Shown here piece by piece: positions 24,209 through 36,099 of a stretch of 64,000 nucleotides of DNA. The stretch is from Dictyostelium discoideum (taxonomy: Eukaryota). The first letter of the stretch is position 1; every line of letters begins with the position of its first letter. The notes under the pieces were generated by a model, which was not told the DNA's origin, made no database searches, and saw nothing but the letters and a program-made list of their open reading frames with translations. Position numbers and translations under genes: made by a program. The stretch spans positions 256,001-320,000 of the forward strand of contig CM000155.2 of NCBI GenBank assembly GCA_000004695.1, written 5' to 3'.

Positions 24209-24653
24209 ATGGAAAAATCAAAAGAAGAAGCAGCATTAATTCAAAAAGCAATTGAAAAATGTTTTTCATTATATTTATCAAGAGCAGAGATTATGTTAAT
24301 GTTACAACATCAATTTAATGTTAATCCAGAATTTTTAGAGAGTTTATTAAATAATATCGAACAAACTAATCCCGAATTCTTTAGAGTTTATTATCTAAGA
24401 TTAAGAATAAAACAACAAATACAGGATTTTAATCAACTATCAAGTTTAATTTTAAAAAATAAAAATAATCAAATTAAAATTCAAAATAATAATAGTAATA
24501 ATACTCAAAGTAATAATAATAAAAACAATAATATGAATAATAATAATAATAATAATAATAATTATATTAGTGATTTTAATAATAGTAATGAAAGAACTAA
24601 TATGTTATTATCAAATCTTCAAATGCAATTACAACAACAATTACAACAGCAAC

Positions 24654-24692
<39 letters not shown>

Positions 24693-24992
24693 GTCATCAT
24701 CATCATCATAGTGATAGTTCACCAATTCAAACATTTTCATATGACCATATAAATGGTGGTCAAAATCAAACACATTCACCACCAATGGCACCATTACCAT
24801 TACCAAGTCAAGATAATAATGGTTTATTTGCATCAGTTAGTGGTTTTCTACCTTTATCCAATAGTTTATTAAGTGTTCAACTTCCAACTTCAACTTCTCC
24901 AATATTAACCTCAAATAATAATAGTAATAGTAATAATAATAACAATAATAAAAATAATAATAATAATAATAGCAATAACAATAGCAATAACA

Positions 24993-25076
<84 letters not shown>

Positions 25077-25600
25077 GTAATAATAATAATAGTAATAGTA
25101 ATAATAATAACACAAATAATAGTAATACTAGTAGTCATTCATTATATAAGTCAACCGATTTCTTTAGTTTTTATGATCATCAAAATAATGGGACTACTAC
25201 ACCTCCTAATACGACTACAACACCACCGACAACTTCAACTACAACTCCATCTACAAACTCACCTGTAATTACATCATCTTCATCCACATCTTCCTCTTCC
25301 TCAACTAATACTACTAAAAATAGTAATAGTAATAATAATAACAATACAAATACTACAAATACAACAACCAATACTGATTCTACATCAACTGTAACAAATA
25401 CTAATACAAATTCGCCACCAATTAATTTAAATTCTACATTATTAACACCCCATTTTGCAAGTTTTATTGAACAAAGTCAACAAATTCCAAATTTAAATAA
25501 TATTGAATATAATTTTTCATTTAATCAATCATCAAATAAAATACCAATAAATGGTTTAAATCAAAGTTGTGATTTCGAATCATTTTTAAATTTAAAATAA
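24209..25600 (+). CDS. N/Q/S/T-rich low-complexity protein (463 aa). Its ~60-aa N-terminal domain resembles the plant/amoebozoan 'protein 1589 of unknown function' (TIGR01589 / A_thal_3526-type).
   Basis: KAIEKCFSLYLSRAEIMLMLQHQFNVNPEFLESLLNNIEQTNPEFFRVYYLRLRIKQQI fits the conserved C-x-x-x-Y-[ML]-[SN]-K-x-E-V-V-x-x-L-L-x-Q-A-x-I-E-P-x-F-T-x-L-V-W-x-K-L-E-E-E-N-x-x-F-F-x-A-Y-Y-L-R-L-x-L-K-x-Q-I pattern, recalled from memory. The rest is poly-N/poly-T/poly-S. No introns were needed. Confidence 0.5.
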
Positions 25601-25675
25601 ATTTTATAAAAAATAAAAAAATAAAAAATAAAAATAGAAATAAAAAAAATATTGATATTATATATATATAATTTA

Positions 25676-25706
<31 letters not shown>

Positions 25707-25773
25707 TATTAAAAAAAAAATATTATATTATATTTACAATTTGTATTTTTATTTTTATTATTTCTTTTTTTAA

Positions 25774-26462
25774 TTAATCTTTCATTTCTGAATCATTATC
25801 TTCTCCATCATCACCACCACCATTCTCGTCATCATCTGAATCCATTTTAATTGATGGTTCTTCATTTTTATTATTATTATTATCTATAGTTTCACCTTTT
25901 TCATTTCTTAAAATTTTATTTTTATCATAAACTGAAATTTGTTTTCCAAATATTTTAATTGCTGCTTTTTGACATAATCTAATTGAACCACCAACATGTA
26001 CCATTCTAAAATAAATTGGAACACCATAATATGACGTTATCAATGTTAATGCTGTCCATAATGATTTATAATATTCAAACGATACTCTAATTATAAATAT
26101 ATTTGTATCTGGATTTACATATATAACTTTAGAGAAATTATTATTTTTATTATAATTAATATTATTATTATTATTATTATTATTTGTAAAAGGGAAAGTG
26201 TTAGATTTACATAATAGAGATAATTAAAAAATAAAACAAAAACAATAATAATAATAATAATGAAAAATCAACACAATTATCAGAATCATAATATTATACT
26301 TTTTAAAGTTTTTTTAAATGCTTCATATGTTAATTCACCTAATTTTTCTTTGACTTCATTTGATATGAATTGAAATAACCATGAATCTGATAATTGTGTT
26401 GATTTTTCATTATCATGCCATATAACTTCTGTCATTAAATATCTATTCTTTAATCTAACCAT
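25774..26462 (-). CDS. pop5: RNase P/MRP protein subunit POP5 (Rpp14/Pop5 family). Exons approx 26300..26462 and 25774..26126.
   Basis: Exon 1 MVRLKNRYLMTEVIWHDNEK...ELTYEAFKKTLK (human POP5 MVRFKHRYLLCELVSDD...). Donor AAAA|gtataat at about 26299. Acceptor tctctaaag|TTATATATG at about 26127 gives IIYVNPDTNIFIIRVSFEYYKSLWTALTLITSYYGVPIYFRMVHVGGSIRLCQKAAIKIFGKQI (human GIVLLRCRKEFYQLVWSALPFITYLENKGHRYPCFFNTLHVGGTIRTCQKFLIQYNRRQL). Acidic C-terminal tail. Confidence 0.7.
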
Positions 26463-27129
26463 AATTATTAATTAATTTACTACTAAATCAAATCCTTTTC
26501 TTTTTTTTTTTTCGTTTTTTTTTTTTTTTTTTTTTTTTTTGGGAAATTGAAAATTTAAAAAATAAAAAAAAAAAAAAAAAAGTCAAAAATAAAAAAAAAA
26601 AAAGAAATAATTATATAATTATTATAGTATTTTAATATTTAAAAAATAATACTTTTTTTCAACAATTTATAATTAATAATTTTTAAATAAAAATAAGATC
26701 AAGTTTTGGAAATTTAATTTAAAATAATTTGATCAAAAATAAACCTAAATTTCAAATTAATTTTTTCTATTATTGTTTTTGGAAGTAAAATTCCAAAAAT
26801 CAAAAATAAATTGGACCTTTCTGTTAATATTTAAATTTTTTTTTTTTTTTTCTCAACTGAGTTATTCAGGAATAAATAATGTTATTTGAAAATGTCAAAT
26901 TAATAATAATAATTTAAATGGAAAAAAATTAAAAAAAAAAAAAACAAAAAAAAAAAAATAAAAATAAAAGGGAACAATTATTCAATTTTAATTTTTTATT
27001 CTGCCCACCAATTTATCTTTTTTTTAAAAAAAAAGCAAACAAATTCTAAAAATAAAATTTTTGATTAAAAATGAAAATATTTTTTTTTTTTTTTTTTTAA
27101 TTTGAAATTTTTAAATTCAACAAAAAAAT

Positions 27130-27167
<38 letters not shown>

Positions 27168-27278
27168 GGAAATTTTAAAATTAAAAAAAATTCTTTTTTA
27201 AAAACTCCCACAAACACACACACTCACATGGGATATTTACACTTTATAATTTATTTTTAAATATATACAAATAAATCC

Positions 27279-27330
<52 letters not shown>

Positions 27331-27342
27331 GGTTTTTTCCCA

Positions 27343-27422
27343 AAATTAAAAAATTTTAAAGTACCAACAGAAAAATCACGTTTATGGAAAGATGAATGTT
27401 GTTATTGTTTTGATACACCTGT

Positions 27423-27462
<40 letters not shown>

Positions 27463-29935
27463 AAATATAAATAATTTTATTAATTTTTTTTTTTTTTTAA
27501 AAAAAAATAAAAAGGAAAATGGTGAAGGATTATTTATAGATTTAATCGGATTATTAGCATTTAGTAAAAAATATGTTCAACTTAATCATCAAAAAACACA
27601 TCATCATTTATATTTAAATTTTAAAAAAGTAGCAATTGTTAATGAAAAAGTTAAAAGTCCAACTATAGAGAATGGTGGTGAAGAGAAACCACCAAAGAAA
27701 TTAGCGATTGGAGTTGAAGGTGGATTTAATGTTGAGGATGAAGAGATAAAGTATGAAGAACACTATAAGCTTTATATATTCCCAGATGATAAATTTTTAG
27801 AATTATCAGATCCAATAATACCAGAGAATGTACGTGTATGCTGTGAGAAAATTAAAACATTGAATTCACAAAGTAGAAAAGAAGAAATCGTCAGTTGGAA
27901 TGCAGAATCAGTATTCCCATCAGCATTTGCCGAATCAATCATTCAACTCGACAACAACACCAAGAAAATCGATCCTAAAGGACCATGGAGATGCGATATT
28001 GAGGGATGTGATAAGGTTGAGAATCTTTGGTTGAATTTAACCGATGGTTTCATTGGTTGCGGTAGAAAGTATGCCGATGGCACAGGTGGCAATGGCCATG
28101 CCCAAGAGCATTTCAACCAAACTCAATACCCAATCTCTGTAAAGTTAGGCACAATCACCAAAGACCATGCAGATGTTTATAGTTACCCAGAGGATGATAT
28201 GGTATCTGATCCATTGTTATTCCAACATCTAACTCATTGGGGTTTGAACCCAAACGTTATGGTGAAAACTGAGAAATCCATGGCAGAATTAGAATTGGAT
28301 CAAAATTTGAATTTCGAATTTGGCAAGATTCAAGAGAAGGGTAAGCTATTGGAGAATGTGTTTGGACCTGGTTTGACAGGTATTGAGAATCTAGGTAACA
28401 GTTGTTACATGTCATCAGTGATTCAAATGATATTCGCTATTGATTCATTCCAAACTCGTTATTTAAAAGATCGTGAAGCCTCATTCAAAGATATCACACA
28501 GGACCCAACTCAATCATTTGAAATTCAAATGAGTAAATTAGCACATGGTCTTTTATCGGGTGACTATTCAATCCCATTGAGTAAACCATCAAAAAATGCC
28601 AATGAAGAGAGTGAGGCTGCAACCCAAATTGGTATCGCACCAAAAATGTTTAAATCTTTAATTGGTGCTTCACATGCAGAGTTTTCAACAATGAAACAAC
28701 AGGATGCTCATGAATATCTTCAATATCTATTAGAGTATATTGAAAGAGCTGAACATTCTCGTCCATCTTGGATTCAACAAGCCAATCCAACTAGATTATT
28801 CCAATTTCATAATGAGGATAGAATTGAATGTGGTTCATCAGGTCAAGTAAAATATACTAGACGTTTAGAGAATATCTTATCGGTTCCAGTGAATTTAGAT
28901 GATGCAACCAATAAGCAAGAGGTTGCACAATATGAAGAGACATTGAAACAACAAAATGGTGTACGTCAAAAGGATCAAGAAGAAATTAGACCAATCATAC
29001 CATTGGTCTCTTGTATCAATGGTTTCGTTGAACCCTATAGAGTCGAGGATTTCTTATCACCAGCAACTGGTGTAAAAACATTTTCACTAAACTCTTCAAG
29101 AATGGCAACCTTCCCTGAAGTTTTAATCATTCATTTGAAAAAGTATACCTATAATGCTGATTATACTCCAAAGAAATTAAATGTTTTCATGGATGTACCA
29201 GATATTATCGATATCGATTCCCTTAGAGGTAGAGGTATCAAGGAAGGTGAAGTACCATTAAAAGAAGGTACAATCAATACCACTACAAAAGTACCAGAAC
29301 CATCATTCAATCAAGAGGTATTAGATACATTATTAAGTATGGATTTCCCATTGGTTCGTTGTAAAAAGGCATTATTAGCAACTGGTGGTAAAGATGCTGA
29401 ATTGGCAATGAATTGGATATTTGAACATACTGAAGATCCTGATATTGATATTGAACAAACACCTGTTAATAACAACAACAACAACAACAATAGTAGTAAT
29501 AGTAATGATAAACTTTTTGTATTTAATTCACAAGATGTTGATAATATTATTGGTATGGGTTTCACAGATTCTCAAGCAAAATTAGCACTTAAAAATACAA
29601 AAGGTAATCTTGAACGTGCTGCAGATTGGTTATTTAGTCATATCGATAACTTGGATGAATTGGTTGCAAAGGATAATGCTTCCACTTCATCAATTAATCC
29701 TTCCTTAATTCCTCAATCAACAACTTCACTTCAACCAGTCAGTGACGGTGTTGGTAAATATGAATTATTAGGTTTCATCTCTCATTTAGGTAATAATGTT
29801 ACATGTGGTCATTATGTTTGTCATATTAAAAAGAATAATAGATGGATTAAATTCAATGATAGACATGTTCAATTATCTGAACAACCACCAAAAGAATTAG
29901 GTTATATTTATTTCTATAAAAGACAACTAAATTAA
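27343..29935 (+). CDS. ubpA: Ubiquitin carboxyl-terminal hydrolase 5 / isopeptidase T homolog (ZnF-UBP + USP catalytic core + two UBA domains). Exons approx ?..27420 and 27515..29935; the 5'-most coding exon with the ATG was not found.
   Basis: Exon ...KVPTEKSRLWKDECCYCFDTP|gtatgt (human USP5 [22 protein letters not shown]). Acceptor aaaag|GAAAATGGT at 27515. It continues in frame through KLAIGVEGGFNVEDEE (human RLAIGVEGGFDLSEEK). ZnF-UBP WRCDIEGCDKVENLWLNLTDGFIGCGRKYADGTGGNGHAQEHF. Cys box GLTGIENLGNSCYMSSVIQ. UBA1 LDTLLSMDFPLVRCKKALLATGGKDAELAMNWIFEH and UBA2 IIGMGFTDSQAKLALKNTKGNLERAADWLFSH. His box YELLGFISHLGNNVTCGHYVCHIKKNNRWIKFNDRHV. In frame, there is no ATG between the 27291..27330 poly(A) tract and 27343. 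Confidence 0.75.
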
Positions 29936-30252
29936 ATTTTAATTTAAATAATTAATAAATAATAAATAAATAAATAAATAATAATGAATAATAATAATAT
30001 CTTAAATCACACTAAAAATAAATATATTTATTTATAAAAACTAAAAAAAAAAACTATTTGGGGATTTAATAAAAAAATTAAACTCAATCTTGAATTGAAC
30101 TTAACTTTTATAAAAGTTATGTTAATTAAAATGTATTTTTGTGTTTTTATTAATTTAATTTTTCATTTTTTAATTGTTTCAAATGATTAATTTATTTAAA
30201 ATGAAAATGATTGATTATCAGTGATGAAACGGAATATACAAAGAAGTGAACT

Positions 30253-30540
30253 TTAGCAATAGGCAAAGTCTTTATCTGGGTCAGGAAGAGCTTCATATGT
30301 TTTTTTAATTTTGTGGATAATTTTGATGATTTCTTCCTTTCTATCTTCGTGTAGAATTTCATCTCTTTCTCTACATAACTCTTTAATATTGTTCAATGAT
30401 ATACCAGGTGCCAGTAACGCAAATATTGGATTGGTGTAAAAAATTCCTTTAAACTCATCCCATTCCATTTTATTACCAAGTGAATTAAATCTGGGTAATA
30501 AACAATATTCGAGATAGTACTGACAAACAGTGACAACCAA
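30253..30540 (-). CDS. Small hypothetical ORF; the likely product starts at the internal Met (MEWDEFKGIFYTNPIFALLAPGISLNNIKELCRERDEILHEDRKEEIIKIIHKIKKTYEALPDPDKDFAYC, 71 aa).
   Basis: Open frame only. It sits 100 bp downstream of the previous minus-strand ORF. It could be a separate tiny gene or a mis-joined 3' exon. No recognisable domain. Confidence 0.2.
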   Translation of the reverse strand: MVVTVCQYYLEYCLLPRFNSLGNKMEWDEFKGIFYTNPIFALLAPGISLNNIKELCRERDEILHEDRKEEIIKIIHKIKKTYEALPDPDKDFAYC

Positions 30541-30641
30541 TTATGCATCTTGTAATGCTATTATAACATTATTAGATCCAAGATTAGTGTTCTCTGAAAA
30601 TAGTTTATCCTTTTTTGTTAAAATTGAATTCATTTGTTGTT

Positions 30642-30965
30642 TTAATAACTCATATCTTTCTTTTGGTTGTCACTTTTCTTTTTCAAATTTTCAAGATTTG
30701 CCGTCAACTCATTTATACCTGATTTCAATCCATCGATTCTGTCTCTCAAACGTCTATTTTCAACTTCTAATTCAATGGTTCTTTTTTGGCTCCTGATCTT
30801 GTCTTTTAGATTTTTAATTTTTCTTTTCTTTTCTATTTTTTCATCTTTTTTATCTTTTGAAGCAAATATAACTATTTGTGAGCCACTATAACTTCCTCTC
30901 ATAGAGCCAACTTTCTTTAAAAAATCAATTAAATATTTTTCATTATTATTATTATTATCCCTCAT
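30642..30965 (-). CDS. Hypothetical basic coiled-coil (leucine-zipper-like) protein, 107 aa as a single ORF. The 3' end is ambiguous.
   Basis: ORF MRDNNNNNEKYLIDFLKKVGSMRGSYSGSQIVIFASKDKKDEKIEKKRKIKNLKDKIRSQKRTIELEVENRRLRDRIDGLKSGINELTANLENLKKK.... There is a heptad Leu register (L-x6-L x5) after a K/R-rich stretch. The stretch lacks the bZIP N-x7-R signature, so this is not called bZIP. No GT/AG pair joins it in frame to the ORF 100 bp downstream. Confidence 0.35.
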   Translation of the reverse strand: MRDNNNNNEKYLIDFLKKVGSMRGSYSGSQIVIFASKDKKDEKIEKKRKIKNLKDKIRSQKRTIELEVENRRLRDRIDGLKSGINELTANLENLKKKSDNQKKDMSY

Positions 30966-31092
30966 TATATTTTACACAATATAAAATTTAAAAAATTAAA
31001 TAAATAGTGAAAAAAAAAAATTATAGAAGTGTGAGAAATAATTTAGAAAATAAAAATTATTTTATTTTTTTATTTTTTCCTCTATTAATTAT

Positions 31093-31127
<35 letters not shown>

Positions 31128-31190
31128 TATTATTATATTAAAATAAATAAAATAATAAAAATATTAATAGTTTTTTTTTATTTTTTTTTA

Positions 31191-31310
31191 CCAAATCATG
31201 GTACTAAAAAAGGAAGTAAAGTAGATTTTAAGAAATATATTCCATTTATTTTATTTTTTAATTTTTTTTTATCCAATCATGGTACTAAAAAAGGAAGTAA
31301 AGTAAATTTT
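31191..31310. repeat. Two copies of a ~40 bp direct repeat (core atcatggtactaaaaaaggaagtaaagta(g/a)atttt) spaced 81 bp apart.
   Basis: Copy 1 at 31191..31230 and copy 2 at 31273..31310. The 29-nt core is identical, followed by one mismatch. Each copy is preceded by a T9-10 run. It lies ~230 bp upstream of the ATG of the minus-strand gene at 30965. Confidence 0.85.
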
Positions 31311-31723
31311 TTTTTTTTATTTTTTTATTTTATTTTTTATTTTATTTTTATTTTTTTTTTATTTTTTTTTTTTGATTATAATTATTTAAATATTTGATTA
31401 CTGTTTTAAATTATTTTTATTATGTAAATAAAAAAAAAAAAAATTAAACACAATCTTGAATTTGAAAGATTATTTCTTTGACCAGATAAAGGGTTAATTA
31501 TTTGTTTGTTGTACTATATTAACACCATTTTTTTGGGATTTAGATTGTTTCTGTAGTTATAATAATTTAAATTCATTGCTTCTTATTTTATAATATTTAA
31601 AATTGAATTTTCAAATAAAATTATGAAAATATTATTTTATTTTTTCCTATATTTATTTATTTTTATTTTTATTTTTTTTATTCCGTCGTTAAAAAATAAA
31701 ATAAATAAAATTAAAATATTAAT

Positions 31724-31767
<44 letters not shown>

Positions 31768-32026
31768 GTGAAAAGAAAGGCGAGAGATGGAAATAGATTA
31801 ACAAGAGTTTTTATATGTTGACATATTAAAAAAACTTTTTTTTTTTTTAAAAAATTAATTTTAAAAAATTAAAAAAATTAAAAAAAAAAAAAAGATTTTG
31901 CTTTTAGGACAGATCTATCAAAAAACACATTAACAATTAAAAAAAAAAAAAAAAAAAAATAATAAAAAAATAATACCCCCCACATTCACCCAATAAAAAT
32001 AACAATTAAAAAAAAAAAAAAACAAA

Positions 32027-32057
<31 letters not shown>

Positions 32058-32105
32058 TAAACATATTTATAATATTTTATATTATATATATTATAAAGGT
32101 ATATA

Positions 32106-32144
<39 letters not shown>

Positions 32145-32313
32145 GGATTTTATTCATCAAAGAAATAAATAAAATACCAAAAGGAAATAAAAATAAAAAA
32201 GGGAAAAAAAAAAAAGGGGGGTTTTTTAAAGTAACAACCCCAATAACTATTTAAAATATTTTTTTTTGTACATGTACCACCAGTAAAAAATTTAAAAAAA
32301 ATTTGGTTTGGTT

Positions 32314-32355
<42 letters not shown>

Positions 32356-32835
32356 CAAGCACTATTTTTGAAACCTTTTTTTAAATTAATTTTTTTTTTT
32401 CAGTTATCCTCAGCACATTGACTACAAACAAACCTTGGTTACTACTTACTTACTTTATTTAATTATTTTATTATGTTATTTTAAAAAAGACAATCATTTA
32501 TAATAATAATTTAATAAATAAAAAGAAAAAAAAAGAAAAAAGAAAAAAAAAAAAAAACCAAAAACTAGTTAATTTTACAAAATAATAAAAATTCACATAA
32601 AATAAATTTTAAACAAAGGTTTTTTTTTTAATTTTTAAATTTTTTAATATTTTTTTTTATTTTTATTTTTTATTTTTTTTTTTTTTTTATTTTTTATTTT
32701 TTTAATTTTTTTTTTCCTTCATTGATATATATATAAATTCATTTAACAAAGTCAAAAACAAAAAAAAAAAACAATTAACTATCTAAAGAAAACCTTTTTT
32801 TTTTTTTTATTTTTATAAAATTAATTCCTCTTTTC

Positions 32836-32837
<2 letters not shown>

Positions 32838-32870
<33 letters not shown>
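32838..32870. repeat. (CA)16-17 dinucleotide microsatellite in a long intergenic region.
   Basis: Direct read: cacacacacacacacacacacacacacacacac. Confidence 0.9.
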
Positions 32871-32877
<7 letters not shown>

Positions 32878-33087
32878 AACTTTTTTTTTTTTTTTTGTTA
32901 TTAAATTTTTATTTTATTTTTTTCTTTATTTAATTTAAATATTAATAATAATTATAAGTTTTATATAATAATAATAATAATAGTTTTAATAATAGGTTTT
33001 ATATAATAATAATAGTTTTATAATAATTTTAATAATAGCATCATAATAACAAATAAATAAATAAAATAAGAATAACATAATAATATT

Positions 33088-35199
33088 ATGTCTTCGAATG
33101 TTTTAAATAATCATTCTATTTTAAATTCACATACATCATCATCGCAAACATCATCTGTCTCACCGTCATTATCCAGTGTCAATAGCAACAACAACAACAA
33201 CAACGACAACAATAATAATAACTTATTACAGCAACCAACTCACTCCTCATCCTCATCTGATACTGGTGAATTCATAAATAATAGTAATTTTTTAAATAAT
33301 AGTGAAAACAAAATGGCGAATAACAATGGAAATTCTGTTATAACTTCAACTCTAAATGAAAAAGGAGAACCAGAAACAATAACAACAACTACAACAACAA
33401 CTACAACAACAACTAAACGACCTTTAGATGAAATTGATGATAGAAATTTAAAAAAAGTTAAAGAAGATTTTACTACAAACAATAGTAGTAATAATAATAT
33501 CAATAATAATAATAATAATAATATCAATAATAACAACGGTGATAATTACAATAACTACAATAATAATAATAATAATAATAATTACAATAATAACAACTTC
33601 AATAATAACTATAATAACAACTATAATGGCAATAATAGTTTTGACTACAATAATAATAATAATAGTAATGTATATTTTAATAACGACAGGGGTAATAACT
33701 ACAATAATTCCTACAATGATTATAATAATAATAATAATAATAACACCAACACCAACACCAACACCAACACCAACACCAACACCAACACCAACACCAACAC
33801 CAACACCAACACCAACACCAACAACAACAACAGTTTTAATAACAATAATAATAACAATAATAATAATAATTTCAACAATAGCAGCAACTATAATTACGAT
33901 TATAATAACAAACCATATGTAAATAGTAACAACAACAACAACAACAACAACAACAATTTTAATAATAATATCAATAATAATAATAATAATAGAAATAAAT
34001 CACCGCCACCACAATATCAAACACAAATATCGCAACAACAACCAAATAATCAACAACAACAACAATTAAATAATAAAAATGAAAATTTAGAATTAGAAGA
34101 TGAAGATGAAAATTTAATTTTAAATCAAAATAGAAAACCAAAAAAAACAAAAACCATTCATAGATTAATGGATATTTGTTTAGAAGAATTAGTGAAAAAC
34201 ATTGATAAGATTGAAACATTAGAACCATTACCAGATGAACTTTGTCAAAAGATTATACCATTATTTCAGCGTAGAAAGATTCTATCATTAAAGACATTGT
34301 CACTCTTTAGAAATTGTAAACTATCGAGATTAGAACTCTATGGTAAAGAGATAGCAATCAATGACGAATGGTTAAATATAACGAAAGGATTGATGAAATC
34401 GACATTGTCCTCAATAAACATCTCAAAAAACAACTCACTCACAGATCAAGGCATTGCAAGTTTAAGTAGTTTGGCAAAGCTATCATCGTTGGATATTAGC
34501 TATTGTGAAAAGATCGATGGAACAGGTCTTGAACCTTTGGTGGATGCAGGTGTACCCCTTCAAAAGCTACACATGGAGGGTAATAGTTCATTGAATTTGG
34601 TAAAGGTTTTCAATTCACTCTCAAAGTTAAAAACATTAAATTCACTTTGTGTTGGCAATACAAATATCACCGATGATATGTGTAAACCTCTATCACTATT
34701 GACAACACTCACTCATCTCGATGTTGCTAGAAATACACAATTGGGTAATCAAGGTTTAGAATCGATTTCAAAGTGTGTAAATCTAATAGATTTGGATATT
34801 AGTTGTTGCACTAAAATCAATGCATTGGGTATTCGTCATCTAGGCTCACTCTCTAATCTTCAGTCACTCTCGGCAGAGAATTGTGCTATCGATGATGAAT
34901 CTATGAAATATATTGGTACACTAAAAAGTTTAAGTTCCCTATCACTCATCAATAATCCTTTTAGTGATACTGGTGCAAAGAATATTGGTAATCTCACACT
35001 CTTGACAACTTTAGATCTTTCAATGTGTGCAAATATTACAGATGCAGCTTTAGTTCACTTTAAAAATTTAACTCAAATTTCAAAATTAAATTTAAATTTT
35101 TGTGGTAATTTAACTGATAGTGGTGTAACTTCATTAACTGGTGGTTTAGGTCAATTAAAAACACTTGGTATAATTGGTTGTAATAGATTATTAATTAAA

Positions 35200-35277
<78 letters not shown>

Positions 35278-35721
35278 TTATAGATAATAGCTAACTAACT
35301 TTTCTTTATTTTTATTTTATTTTAGTTAAACATAGACCATTAGTTTTATTAGTAGAGGATAATCCATTACAGATTAAAGTAATTTCAAAAGTTATGGAAA
35401 GATATAATTTTGACGTTGAAGTTGCATCAAATGGTCAAATGGCATTAGATATGTTTAAAGCAAATCCAAGATATGAGTTGGTTTTAATGGATATGATCAT
35501 GCCTATAATGGATGGTTTAACAGCTACCATGCTCATAAGAGAATACGAGAGAGAAAGAGGTTTAAAAAGAACTCCTGTCATCATTCAAACTGCTGATTCA
35601 AGAGAAAGTCATAAATTGATTTGTCTTGCTGCAGGTTGTGATGATTTTATGACAAAACCATTAGATAAAAGATTTGTCGATAGAGCTTGGAAATTATTAA
35701 ATGAAGAATTCGATTCAACTG

Positions 35722-35761
<40 letters not shown>

Positions 35762-35921
35762 TAATAGCAATAATAACAATAACAGCAATAATAATAACAA
35801 TAGTAATAATAATAACTATAATAATAATAATAATAGAGAAAATAGTGGAGATAACGTAAATAATAACAGCTCAAATATTAATAATGGTTTTAGCAATATT
35901 AGAGTTAATATTAATGTATAA
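33088..35921 (+). CDS. F-box-like / cysteine-containing LRR (FBXL-type) protein fused to a C-terminal two-component response-regulator receiver domain; N-terminus poly-N with (TN)n. Exons approx 33088..35200 and 35326..35921.
   Basis: F-box-like LEPLPDELCQKIIPLFQRRKILSLKTLSLF (nt ~34230). CC-type LRRs: LSSLDISYCEKIDGTGLEPL, LIDLDISCCTKINALGIRHL, LTTLDLSMCANITDAALVHF, KLNLNFCGNLTDSGVTSLTG. Donor ATTAAAG|gtaaaaaaaa at 35201. Acceptor ttttag|TTAAACATAG at 35325 gives the REC domain PLVLLVEDNPLQIKVISKVMERYNFDVEVASNGQMALDMFKANPRYELVLMDMIMPIMDGLTATMLIREYE...TPVIIQTADS...AGCDDFMTKPL. The acidic pocket (VED), phospho-acceptor Asp (LVLMDMIMP), Thr (IIQTA) and Lys (MTKPL) are all present. Confidence 0.7.
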
Positions 35922-36099
35922 AAATACAAAAAAACCTTTTTTTGAAAAAAAAAAAAAAAAATAAATTAAAAAAAAAGTATAAATACACTTTATAAATCAC
36001 AAATCTTTTAAAAGGATATTTAAATCAAAATCCTATTTATTTGTGAAATTTAACATCAAAAACTATTTTCTTCTTTTTTTTATTTTTAATGGATTTGTT

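Noticed and set aside
30642-30965. bZIP transcription-factor call for the basic + leucine-zipper ORF.
   Set aside because: The basic stretch lacks the N-x7-R/K DNA-contact signature of bZIP domains, so only a generic coiled-coil call is justified.
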